In this document: piece by piece, positions 1-11,191 of the stretch
Numbering within the stretch: position 1 is the first letter of the stretch
Layout of the letters: each line of letters opens with the position of its first letter
Origin: Octopus bimaculoides
Lineage: Eukaryota
Length of the DNA stretch: 42,840 nucleotides
Direction of reading: 5' to 3'
Assembly: GCF_001194135.2 (NCBI RefSeq)
Contig: NC_068996.1
Span: 17,971,849-18,014,688 of the forward strand
Translations under genes and position numbers: made by a program
The notes under the pieces: generated by a model
Seen by the model: only the letters and a program-made list of their open reading frames with translations
What the model was told of the DNA's origin: nothing
Databases searched by the model: none

Positions 1-43
1 TGGAAAGCGGACGTTAAACGATGATGATGATGATGATGATGAT
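1..43 (+). mobile_element. 3' tail of RTE-type LINE/SINE ending in (GAT)n
   Basis: TGGAAAGCGGACGTTAAACGATGATG... matches the tail ends at 15822-15860 and 30988-31015, the latter directly following an RTE RT. Confidence 0.8.
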
Positions 44-559
44 CTCAGGATGTTAATGGAGATTATGACAAAGGACCATGTCAACTGGTGATACACAATG
101 GTGCAGAAGATCTGACTTTATACACAAGCTTGGTGAAATATATGTTGAAACAGTGGGTAATGCACTACACCCCCATGTTATATTGTGTACACATCTTCCC
201 CTGTCTATTGTCGATTTTATACCCTCCCATCCATTAAATGTCTACTCTTCTTCCTGCTAATCTCATTGTCTAGTCTCTCAGCTCATCTTTTATACATACA
301 TGCACAACATACATACACACATACGTGTGTGTAAAAAAATAATAGCTATGAACATGAACTGAAAAAAGAACTCCCTTCAAGCGAAGTATTTTGTCTGATA
401 TTTAAAATCATATTGTCAATAAAAGTATATACTTGTGAGTGCGCGCGAGTGTGTGTGTTTAGGAAGTTGAATAATTCTGTTAAACATAGTTTATTTTATT
501 GGTGTCTTTGAGTAATGGAAAAGAACAGATCCTCATATAGGAAACAAATGCAAATATAA

Positions 560-2950
560 ATAGTGTTTAAAGAGTTAGAAGTTTAGGAATGAATTGGTCA
601 ACGCTTGGAAAATATCTACCGACAACTATAAATGTAATGTTTCGCTTCGTATGTCCCTGACGCGTACTGTACTTTGTGGAGACATTATCCCTGCCCGTAG
701 ATTCGATGATGACAGAATTGCAGTATCTGACTTGATATCTTTTAATGCTGTCATGTGTTCTCGTGCGAGAGAATAAAAATAAATGATACAAGAGAGGGGA
801 AAATATCGCAGAAAAAAAAAAGTGACAGAACATGTATAATACCATTTGCATTGTTAGTTAATAAATAACTTAAGATATTGTTTAATTACGTTAATCCTCC
901 TAGCAAGATAAGAAAAAATAAGTCACAGAAAAAGTTGCATTACTCGTACATAAATATCTTGTAACTTATTTTATTTAGGATATAGAATGAAACGTAAATT
1001 TGTTCACATATATTAATGCCATATAAATCGATTTGTCATTGTGTAACAAGTCATGTTTTCCCAGTTAATATTATTTAGAAATGAACTGACATTTTCCCAA
1101 GCCATTGTCATTACTTTCAATTGACCATATTGAACTGACAGTTGAGTTATTTTCCCAAAACAGCACGAGATTTCTTTCCGCTAGAGCACTTCATAAGCAC
1201 TTAATTAGTTTCAGTTTCCCCCACAGCCTATATGCACGTTTCTTTTTTCAGCTACCAAATTCCAGTTTTTACATATTAAAAGCACGAGACCTGATTGAAT
1301 TTTGTTTTGTTCTATTTATTCAGAGGTTTTGTAGCGAAGCAAGCTCTCAATATTCAGAATCAATTTACCTACGATTTTTATCCTTTGTGATATTAAATTT
1401 CATCTTTTAAAAATTGTCTGTGTATCTTTTTAAAGAAAATGTGAAAAAGCGTTGTTTATTTTTGTACCGGTAAACATTCTTTTTTAATTAACAAATGAAC
1501 TTCTAAAAGAAATGTTAAAGCTTTTATAGGCGAATGTAAAACTCGCATAAATGTGAAAGTTAAAAAGCGAAACTATTAGGTGAAAAACGAAACTGGACAT
1601 CGCGCGCTTTTCTGTAAGAGTACAGCTTATACTAATTAAAAAAGTATCAATCCTAAAAATCTAAAATATCAAAAATTAGTAAATGCCTTGATGTATCTAG
1701 TTACAACCCTTTCCTTTACGTTCTCACTTTAAATCCAACTTAGCTTTGCTATTTATCGTTCCGGGCTTCTTAAATGAAATTCCAGTCAAGTATTTGATTG
1801 ATTTTCATTCCTATAATGCATCCTAAAAATGACATTATAATAAAAAAAAAGAAAAGATTATGTGATTATCCAGATATTTCATAGCGTAATGAAATAGTTT
1901 CGACAACCAGGAAGCAGAAATAGCTTCCGAGGTACTTAGGTACATTTTATTATACACGTAGTAGCAACAGTTTTAATTAGCTAAAAATAATGGTTGTTGT
2001 TGATAAATGGCAGCTGAGACCATAGCAACAGAATGAATAAAATTAATAAAGAAAAACAAATAAATACTAACAAGAAATAGCTGTTTACTTTCCACGTAAT
2101 TATAATCTGATTAATAAATTTCATTTCTTATACTACGCAAAAAGGAAAGTATTATATGACATGAAATTAAATTAGAGAATATTTCTAAATTGTTTAAACG
2201 ACTTCCTATAAATTTAATAACTTTTAGTTTCGTACAAAATAATCCATTCTTCTCTCCTTCCTTCCTCACATTTTCTAATCGTATCACGTGATCAATCCCC
2301 TCCATAATTTAGGCGCCATTACGTCTTTTGTTTTCAATTCCAATTTGACGTTGAATATTATTGAGTTATGACTCGTATGATAGAAGCTTCTCGAATTCTA
2401 AAGCAAATTTAAACTGTCATATTTGCGTTAATGTTTTGACTTTAAGTTTATTGTGTAAAAAAATTAAACAACTTTTCTTCAGCGCAGTATAAATAAACAA
2501 AATAATAAAGTTTTATTTATCTATTTTAATCAAGTCTTAGCCTTCTGTTATAATTCCATTCATATCTAAGAATCCATATGAATTTCATAAAGACAATAAC
2601 TCCCTGCTTGGTGTTTTATCGACCCTAATAAACAAGAAAGAAAAGTGAAGGTTAAAATAATGGGAATGGAATCTGGAATGTAAATGGACGTAGCTGAACT
2701 GTGCAAGGCATTGTACCCGACGTTCTAATGATTTGGTCACACACAATCGCTGGGCTTAGTTTTAAATATTCAACGAGCACAGATTCAGCTATCGTTGATT
2801 TCATCGACAAGCTTTCGTTTTATGTACATATAATAATTATTTTTTTCAACCAGATACCTTTTACGTCACTAGTCACCACGTTCTATCTTTCGTAGATTGC
2901 ACCCTTCTCTTGTTCGATTTTATTGTCATACCGTTGTCCCGATGGCTACT
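560..2950. promoter_or_regulatory. Repeat-poor, CpG-retaining region; possible promoter zone
   Basis: No recognisable SINE/LINE and visibly more CpG than downstream unique DNA. X-box-like GAGACCATAGCAAC at 2016-2029 (1 mismatch to GTNRCC-N-RGYAAC) and palindromic E-box ATCACGTGAT at 2283-2292. Confidence 0.3.
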
Positions 2951-3539
2951 TATGTGTGGTTGTCTGCTGTTGTCAAGTTGGTGAACAAAGATATATTTCA
3001 TTGGCTGCATGATTAATTGAAGTGATACCTTTGCACATTTAACTGAAGAATTTATTGTTGTTCATAAAGACAATATGCATTGGCTATTTACAGTTAACCA
3101 ATAATTAGAGACTTGGGAGAGAGATACTGCTCTGGGATTACAGGAAGCTATTGATACGGCAACATGCAGTCAGCCCTACATATCTGAAACCAACTGCACT
3201 ATCTTTGTGTTGACATAAGTCTTTGGTTGTCCTAGGCTATTTGCCCAAATGTCTGGAACTATCAGAGTGGCAAGAATGGAGGAGTATGTTGCTGAGCTGC
3301 CTTCAGCATTCTGCAGAGTGGTACTAAAAGTGGTCTCAGGTAGAGTACAAAAAAAAATGTTCTAAAAAATGACACCATACATGGCTTCAAGCTGATTGGC
3401 TGCTAAATAGACAGATCATATGAAACTATTGTGTTTACTCATGGTGTCTAACCGATTATCTCGTGGTTGGGATTCAGATCACTACAGCATCATCTTGGAA
3501 GTTTTCCAAATAATTTCTTCTGATTTCTTTGATACTACT

Positions 3540-4150
3540 TGGTGAGGCTGATGCTATTAATATTCTGTTTAAACTGTTGCAGCTCAACACCTGCAGAAAA
3601 GGCATTAGAGGGAAGGGATTCCAGTGCAGCAATGTTCTGGGGATGAAGGATTGGGTATAATGGTTAGAGCAAGGAAAGAAGAACATTGGATACATCAGGA
3701 GTGTTGAAAACAGGAGAGAAGAGTGGGTCAGAAGTACCCGAATGGTAGAGCTCTGAGGAGAAGAGGCCATTGATAGAAAAGACGGAGGGAGGACAGTATG
3801 CTTGTAGGTCAGATGCTGGAATGTGTCAGTGATTGATTGTCAATCAGTCAAGTGATCCAGGATGTTAGTTTGTGTAACAACAGCACTATTCCAGATGTGG
3901 AAGCAGTTCCTTATTATGATTTTCTCTTGAGCTTTATATAAATATCATTGTATGTATGAAATAGGCAAGTTGGATGGCAGTAGTTTTTCGCAAGACTTTA
4001 TATGTATGGTGATAGCAATGCAATGGTGGTTATTGTTAATAGGTTGTAGCAGCAATGATGGTACTAGCCAGAGTTGACAGATTGTTGCACTAGTAAAGTT
4101 ACTGAAACAGCCAATAATGAAATATCCTGTCTTGATGCCAAACATCAACT
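3540..4150 (-). mobile_element. Decayed CR1/L2-like LINE 3' ORF2 fragment
   Basis: Minus-strand peptides YKAQ...CFHIW, CSNHYTQSFIPRTLLHWN and LQQFKQNIN resemble the C-terminus of CR1-group ORF2. Confidence 0.65.
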
Positions 4151-4189
4151 GTCCAAATAACTCTTCATTACTTATTTTATGGTCTTAAA

Positions 4190-4450
4190 CTTTTCTATTA
4201 TTATTGCCACAGGAAATGCTGTGATAAGATTTCTCTCTAAGTTTCAGACCAATTTGTTCCATCTCACCTAATTCAAAACTCACAGCATCTTCATTTAAAT
4301 GCTGGTGTGCTTCCAATCACAGTCGTAACTTATTTTCTTGAACTGCTAGACTTTGGGACTCTCTTTCATCTCATTGATTTCCCCACATATGACCTGAACA
4401 CTTTCAAGTCTAAAGTAAATACATTTTTTTTTTGTCTTCATTTCTCCTTC
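4190..4450 (+). mobile_element. Decayed CR1/L2-like LINE 3' end
   Basis: Frameshifted ..RTARLW.. followed by FPTYDLNTFKSKVN, typical CR1-group C-terminal motifs. Confidence 0.6.
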
Positions 4451-4804
4451 TTCACAGTCCCTTACACTAAGTGGCTTCTTGCGTTGTTTGGGACTTTCTT
4501 GTTACAAAAAATAGAAGTTAGAATGATGAGTTAGTAACAGCTGAAGCAAGAAGAGTCATAAACATTTCTAAATAAAACAAATATTTGGAGAAGAGTGGTC
4601 ACAACCTATCTATTAAAAATACTGAATAAAGTTTTGTGTATCTAGGGTATCCATAAATTATTTCCCTGTAGATAGTTGGCTGCAAAAACAAATCATATGA
4701 AAAAATAAGGTTAGTTTTTATTCATAAATTAAAAATAGCAAGACCATAGTATGCATTTTATGTACCAAGAAGGAGTATCTGAACTTATGCATATGAGAAA
4801 ATGG

Positions 4805-4839
<35 letters not shown>

Positions 4840-4982
4840 AATTCAAAAAGGGATAAAACTCTTTTACAAGAATTTTATCAAGAAGCCAGTATGTAAAAAA
4901 ATTCATAAGGGAAATTTCTATTCCCAAGAATATAATTATTCGTTTATATTTATATAATGGGCATTACTACAGAAAAATAATA

Positions 4983-5137
4983 ATGCCACACACTGGACTT
5001 CTCAAAATAACCACATTTAGTACCGAATGTGAGGAAAAACAACCAACAGAAGATGACCAACTTTCTTTTAAATAACTCAACTATGTATCGACCGATTTCA
5101 CGATTACTAGAATGAATCTAAGTCCAGTGTGTGGCAT
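4983..5137. mobile_element. 155-bp MITE-like element with perfect 18-bp TIRs
   Basis: ATGCCACACACTGGACTT (4983-5000) is the exact reverse complement of 5120-5137; no clean TSD. Confidence 0.6.
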
Positions 5138-5176
5138 ATATATATATACACACACACACATATATATTATCTGAAG

Positions 5177-5421
5177 TGTAGAGTATTATATATCCATTAT
5201 GGCCAATATTACCTATCCGTTTTGTGCTAGAAATTCAACAGTGTGTTAGGTAACAATCTGATTATGTAATCCTGCACTCATCAGAGGTAGCCATTGTTAA
5301 ATGAAGGCTACCTCTGATAAGTGCAGGGTTACATAATTGGAATGTTACTTAACACTCTGTTGATTCACTAGTGCAAAACCGATTGGTAAAGATTGGCTGT
5401 AATGGATATATAATATTGTAC
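5177..5421. repeat. ~245-bp imperfect palindrome (foldback)
   Basis: Arms 5177-5292 and 5306-5421 pair nearly end to end around a 13-nt loop (hand alignment). Confidence 0.9.
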
Positions 5422-5502
5422 ATTTTTGATGAAATACCCACTTTATCGACAGATATACAAGTGCATTTTTTCCTGACTTATGGACTCTTAGATGACTTAT
5501 AT

Positions 5503-5544
<42 letters not shown>

Positions 5545-5545
<1 letters not shown>

Positions 5546-5689
5546 GGCGCAGGAGTGGCTGTGTGGTAAGTAGCTTGCTTACCAACCACATAGTTCCGGG
5601 TTCAGTCCCACTGCGTGGCATGTTGCGCAAGTATCTTCTACTATAGCCTCGGGCTGTAGTAGAAGATGGAAACTGAAAGAAGCCCGTCG

Positions 5690-5728
<39 letters not shown>

Positions 5729-5955
5729 GCATGCATGTGTGTATGTTTGTGTATCTGTGTTTGTCCCCCCTAGCATTGCTTGACAACCGATGTGTTTATG
5801 CTGGTGTGTTTATGTCCCCGTCACTTAGCGGTTCGGCAAAAGAGACTGATAGAATAAGTACTAGGCTTACAAAGAATAAGTCTCGGGGTCGATTTGTTCA
5901 ACTAAAGGCGGTGCTCCAGCATGGCTAGTCAAATGACTGAAACAAGTAAAAGAGT
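5545..5955 (+). mobile_element. tRNA-derived CORE-type SINE (octopus OR-like) with internal (TA)n/(TG)n
   Basis: Head GGCGCAGGAGTGGCTGTGTGGTAAG, B-box GGTTCAGTCC, tail ...GACTGAAACAAGTAAAAG; same family at 22400-22760 and 41670-42060. Confidence 0.85.
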
Positions 5956-5984
5956 ATATATATATATGCTGGTGCTGCAATCAT

Positions 5985-6362
5985 GCGTAACTAGTACCTA
6001 TGTTGGTTGTACATGAAGAGCACCATTCGAACGTTGGGTCTCACTGAGATAATGTTGCCAAAACTGGTGTCACACAACTAGCAGCCATGCTGATGGCACA
6101 TAAAAGGTACCGTTTGAGCATTGGGCCTCATGAAGGCAATGTTGCTGATGCCAATGTCACATAACTCGCCAGTAGCATGTAAAAGCACTCATTACACTCT
6201 CAAAGTGATTGGTGTTAGGAAGGGCATCCAGCCATAGAAACCATGCCAAATCAGACTGAAGTGTGATGCAACCCCTCAATTTGTCAGCCCTGGTCAAACC
6301 GTCCAACTCATGCCAGCATGGATAATGCACATTAAATGATGATTGTGATATTGATGATGATA
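5985..6362 (+). mobile_element. RTE-tail SINE/LINE 3' fragment
   Basis: TTAGGAAGGGCATCCAGC motif and (GAT)n-like end shared with the other tail copies in the window. Confidence 0.75.
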
Positions 6363-6479
6363 TATCTATATATACAGAATGTGATGGGTAAATTGTTGCC
6401 ATTTTATATTTTTTATTTCATGCATGCACATTGTTTGTTTTTGATTTTGTCAACTACATGCTATAGTAGGGTCAGTTGG

Positions 6480-7221
6480 GCACTGTATGAGAAAAACAGC
6501 ACTATGATGCAATTCACTCCACCAGAAATTTGGAAACAACATACTGTACTGCTTGGCATTCGAGTCAGAAGCTCCAATACGAACATTTCAGAGTGTTTGA
6601 GTGTCAATCTCAGGACAGTATAATCTGAATACATGTACCAAGGGTGATAAAAATCAAACATCCAGTCAACATCATGGTGTTTGGAGTGATCACTAGTGAT
6701 GGAGACGTTATGCCTCCATTCATCTTCCAGCACAGCCTCAGACACAACACGGAGGCCTACATCAAGTGCCTGGAGGAGGTAGCGCTGCCCTGGATGGCAA
6801 CAGGACTCTGCACTATTCCACACAAGCAAGAGAACCCAGTCATGGCTGCCATACAATTTCTATGACCACATCATCCCTTATATCTGGCCATCTAACTCCC
6901 CAGACTGCTATCCCCTTGATTATTATGTGTGGGGCACAGTTGAGCAAGAGACCAACAAAACTTGTTGTAACACCGAAGATGAACTGAAGGCAAGAATTAT
7001 GGCAACATTCACCAACTTAAACTAAGAGACCATCCAGAAGAGTTGCAGGAGATTCTGAAGTTGGCCATGATTGAAGCCAATGGCGATTTTATTGAATAAA
7101 TTTACTCTTTAGTATTCCACGATATTCTTATGTAATTTTGGTAAATATATCTGTTAAGTGAGATGTCAGTATTATTTTCATTTTTGTATAATTTAGACAA
7201 TAGTTTATTCTCTGCACCCTG
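6480..7221 (+). mobile_element. Internally deleted maT/DD37D-like mariner transposon
   Basis: Peptides KHPVNIMVFGVITSDGDVMPPFIF and WPSNSPDCYPLDYYVWG; right end ...GCACCCTG followed by TA. Confidence 0.85.
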
Positions 7222-7544
7222 TATCACACAAGCATATAATACTTGAACACAGGCTATATATACATGCACATGCAACACGTATTAACACATGCTACATACA
7301 TGGACAAAGTTAACTTATGCCCACATATATACACCATACACATGCACACTGTTTGGTCACAGACACAGACACACACACATACACATACTACATCAAAAAG
7401 TACACCTCAACTGCTACACTACACACACACACAAGTTACAGACGCACACACTCACACACATCAGAGTCACTAGTACCTATTCACACATACTTACGCATTC
7501 ACACACACATACCATTCTCACATACACATGCACATGCACACACA

Positions 7545-7830
7545 CCTTCATTTGGGATGAACCAGCATTTTATTATCTCCCTTCCTTTCAGTCTCTTCTT
7601 TCAAACTTCTTTTTCTAATCATTTGTCATGCTTGACTGCTAAATCTACAAGTTCTTTTTCATTCTCTCTCTGATTATTTTGACTTAGTCCTTTGTGTTGA
7701 AGAGCATAGGCTTGAAACATAAAAGACTTTTTCATTTTCCCAAGCGTCATACTAAAACACCTGTTTGTTGTTCATACACTTGTCTTTGTCTTTTGTTTTT
7801 CTATAAATTTCAACTACATGTATATATATA
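7545..7830 (+). mobile_element. Penelope-type terminal/SINE-like repeat with decayed hammerhead motif (7687-7727)
   Basis: GTCCTTT..GTGTTGAA-GAGC-ATAG-GCTT-GAAA-CAT-AAAAGAC: stems I and II intact, CUGANGA core degenerate. Confidence 0.45.
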
Positions 7831-9354
7831 TAGCATTGGATTAGTATTGAGTAGTAGTAAAGCAGAAGTGTGACTGTGTTGTTAAGAAGTTTGCTTCTCA
7901 ACCATATGGTTTTGATCACAGTTCTACTACATGGCACTATGAGTGTCTTCTGCAATAGCTCTGGTTATGAACGTACATTGGAGTCAGTCGTAGCCAATGT
8001 GCATATACAAGTAAAGGAAACATTCAAGTGTCCCTGTATATAAAGTAGTAGAAAGTTAATTAAGCTCCATCATGTGCTTTGTATTGAAGGTAGCTGAGAA
8101 GAAAGGCTGATACTCTTTCTACGAGGAAGAATAGGAATGCTTCCAGTAATATGTATATGTTGCTAGGTGTCTGAAGGAAATGAAAGGCCAAATGGGTCAT
8201 TATAGCCATGACCACAAATAATGTTGTTAGAATGCAAGTAGGATAGGTTGTAACAATGCTGGTGTTTTAATACTAGTTTGTTGCTGCCCAAAGCAACTAG
8301 AAGAAAGATGAGTCACACTAAGAGCAGGGCCAAGAAGGGCTGAGCTGACACTTCTGATTGGTTGAAAAATGTTAGCAGATACAAACAAAGATATAGAAAC
8401 AAAGTGTGTGTGTTTGTGCACGTACATGTGTGTGTGTCTATTTATAAGCATGTACATTTATATCAATATATAAATGTGTGTGTTTAAACACACACACAAT
8501 ATTCATAAGGGAACAGCTGGCTTAAGCATACATTATTTGAAGTTTCATTGACATATAAAACATTCTTAATCAGCTTAATCATTCAATTATTTGCAATAAA
8601 GCATATCAGGTATACAGTGTATGAAACTGTAATGCACATTAGAGTCCACAACTGCTCACTAAGAAATGTGAAATCTATACAAGTATGTTGAGTTCTGTTT
8701 TCCTTCCTTTGTACAATTAAATGTATGTGTGTATATAGATATGTGTATACGCACGCATACACGCATGCACGCGCACACACACACACACACACACAAAGGT
8801 CAAGGTGTGACTGTTTTATTACAAAGTTTGTTTCACAATCACATGATTTTGAGTTCAGTCCCACCACATGGCATCATGGGCGAGTGTCTTCTGCTATAGC
8901 ACTGAGCTGACAAAAGCTTTGTTAGAAGAAATATCAAACTTGGAAGGATGGAAGACAAAGATGGCTTTGACTAGATTTGAAATCAGAGATCATGTAACTT
9001 AAACAAGTAAAGTGTAAATAGATGTCTTAATTATAAAGGCACTATGTTATATATTTCAATATAATAACTTGTTTTATTTCCTCCAATTCAACTCCTTTAT
9101 TTAAGAAGGTTGTTAAATATCCTTATTAAGAACTTTAATATATCACTAGAGAACAAATTTTCATTGTGAAAGTTATTACTGTAACAATATATATCACCGT
9201 CACAATGGCATTTTTTTCTGACCAACACTTTTATGATGATGAGTCGTATATTTTAAAGTAATTTACATATAACCTCATGATGAAAGATTTATAAGAACAT
9301 TCAAACTATCCAAACAAATTTGTATGAGCATGTCACCAGAGAATGGATCTTTTA

Positions 9355-9580
9355 TCTTTTACTTGCTTCAGTCATTAGACTATGGCCCTGCTGGGGCACC
9401 ACCTTGAAGGTTTTTAATTGAAGGAATTGACTCCAGTAATTTTTTTCTTTAAAGCCAGGTACTTACTATATCAGTCGCTTTTGCTGGACTGCTAAGTTAT
9501 AGGGATGTAAGCACACTAATCTGGTTGTCAAGTGGTGATGAGAGACAAACACAGACACAAAGACACACACACACACAGAT
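9355..9580 (-). mobile_element. CORE-type SINE 3' half
   Basis: TCTTTTACTTGCTTCAGTCATT... is the reverse complement of the SINE tail at 5930-5955. Confidence 0.75.
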
Positions 9581-10099
9581 ATACTTGATGTCAACACAAG
9601 GAGGCACACACATACACACACACTAGCAGTCTCCAAGTTACATAAAGGTAATATGCCTATGTAGCAGTGATAGAAAAGTATAGATAAATTGAATGGATGG
9701 ACAGATAAGCAGACAGACAGATAAATAAACATAGACAAACAAACAGAGAGAATTGCATGTTTGTGTCTACTTGTCTGAACATCATGTGCTAGTTGTAAAA
9801 GAGTGTCACCTTCATACAAGTTTATTTGGTTCCAATCTTTTGTAGAGACCTAATCAACCATGTGGAAACGATACTTCACATGGAAACAGGAAAAACATTT
9901 CACATTGCTCCAAACTACTCAGTTGGAAACAAATAATTATGTAACGAATTGGTATCCTGTTCAGAGGGGATGTTGTGATCTCAATTGCTTTTATGCCTTT
10001 GAAGTAGGAAACTGTCACTATGTGTCTTAGAATTTGAGACAGAATTGACCAGAGGTTGATGATGATTATAAATAATCTTCATAACTACTACATATATGG

Positions 10100-10385
10100 T
10101 CAGATTAGGGATTTCATCATATGTTGATGAGATCTGCTACTGGAACCATGTAAACAGTACTACTTGTTCCATTGTCAACTGGTCAGAAACTAAACTGGAT
10201 TCCCCATGTGAGTGGCTTGTTACTCTTGCGAGGTGGGTGTCTGGACATCCAGGAACACTAAAAACAAAATCTTTCAAAAGGTAGATGAGCTCCTTGAAGG
10301 CCAACAGCCATCCAGTTGGGGAAGGAAATGGCGAACCACCCAATATCCTCACCATGAATATACTAAAGAGAAAGTCAGAATAAAG
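10100..10385 (+). mobile_element. Possible RTE/BovB-like 5' region remnant
   Basis: GGGGAAGGAAATGGCGAACCACCC resembles the GGAGAAGGAAATGGCAACCCACTCC motif of BovB/RTE-derived sequences (recalled similarity). Confidence 0.4.
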
Positions 10386-10939
10386 TAACGCTATGTCTTC
10401 ATCTGATGACAGAACTCACACTTAATCAGGAAAACTTTTGTTGTAGTATCATCAATACACAGCAAAAAACATATGATAAAGATCAATGATGGTTACATAA
10501 AGGTAATATGCCTATTGTAAACAGTATTGATAAATATCTCTCATAAAATATTAAACATGAATAAGGAAGAGGGAGTTATTTCAAATATTAGTCAACAAGA
10601 CCACAAACATTTTAATTTGTGCTTTGGTTTTAGATAATAACTAGTCCACGAGGAGTGACAGTACCCATATGGTGAAGTCTGGAGTTTAATGTCTGCAGGA
10701 AAAAGGTAGATATGAAAGGAATTGGAGAGAGTCTGGTCTGAATATTTTTAACATTATGAACTTTGTTAAAGTTAATTGGTTTTAGTGTAAGTACACCTAT
10801 GCCTGCATGTGTCAAGGGGTAATCAATACTCTTGATACCGACCTGCCTGTGACCTGGTTCTGTGAAGAAAACTTAATTAAGTTAAAATTCTTCTGTCAAA
10901 ATTTCATGTTAATTTATGTTCCAAACACATGCTTAATAG

Positions 10940-11100
10940 TTCTTTCTTGTACAAGCACAAGGCCAGAAATTTTGGGGGAGGGGGTAAGTCAATTAAGCTG
11001 ACCCCAGTGCTCAACTGACACTTATTTTATCGTACCCTGAAAGAATGGAAAGCAAAGTTGATCTTGATGACATTTTAACTCAGGACATAAAGCTGGAAAA
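10940..11100 (-). mobile_element. Nin-domain tRNA SINE fragment
   Basis: TTATTTTATCGTACCCTGAAAGAATGGAAAGCAAAGTTGA is the reverse complement of the domain in the 38557-38776 SINE. Confidence 0.7.
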
Positions 11101-11191
11101 CACTAGATTAATTATGACAAAGTTATTTTACTAAATTCTTCATTATTTTCAAAATAAATTGAAACCAAAGCAGTGTATTTCAACAGAATTA

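Noticed and set aside
43-240. ATG-less + frame DVNGDYDKGPCQLVIHNGAEDLTLY...
   Set aside because: The acceptor would come from a SINE tail with no pyrimidine tract; several frames are open and the minus strand has RT-like FNIY sequence.
567-851. 94-aa and 60-aa ORFs in the CpG-richer left region
   Set aside because: No recognisable homology or consistent splice sites; may be UTR or promoter sequence.
7243-7673. His/Thr-rich or Cys/Val-rich ORFs (also 15243-15675, 21486-21795, 39659-40354)
   Set aside because: Translations of (CA)n/(TG)n/(TATG)n tracts.
10137-10362. Minus-strand 72-aa ORF with a good acceptor (MVRILGGSPFPSPTGW...)
   Set aside because: The opposite strand carries a BovB/RTE-like motif and no convincing donor follows, so TE origin is more likely. 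Not fully excluded.
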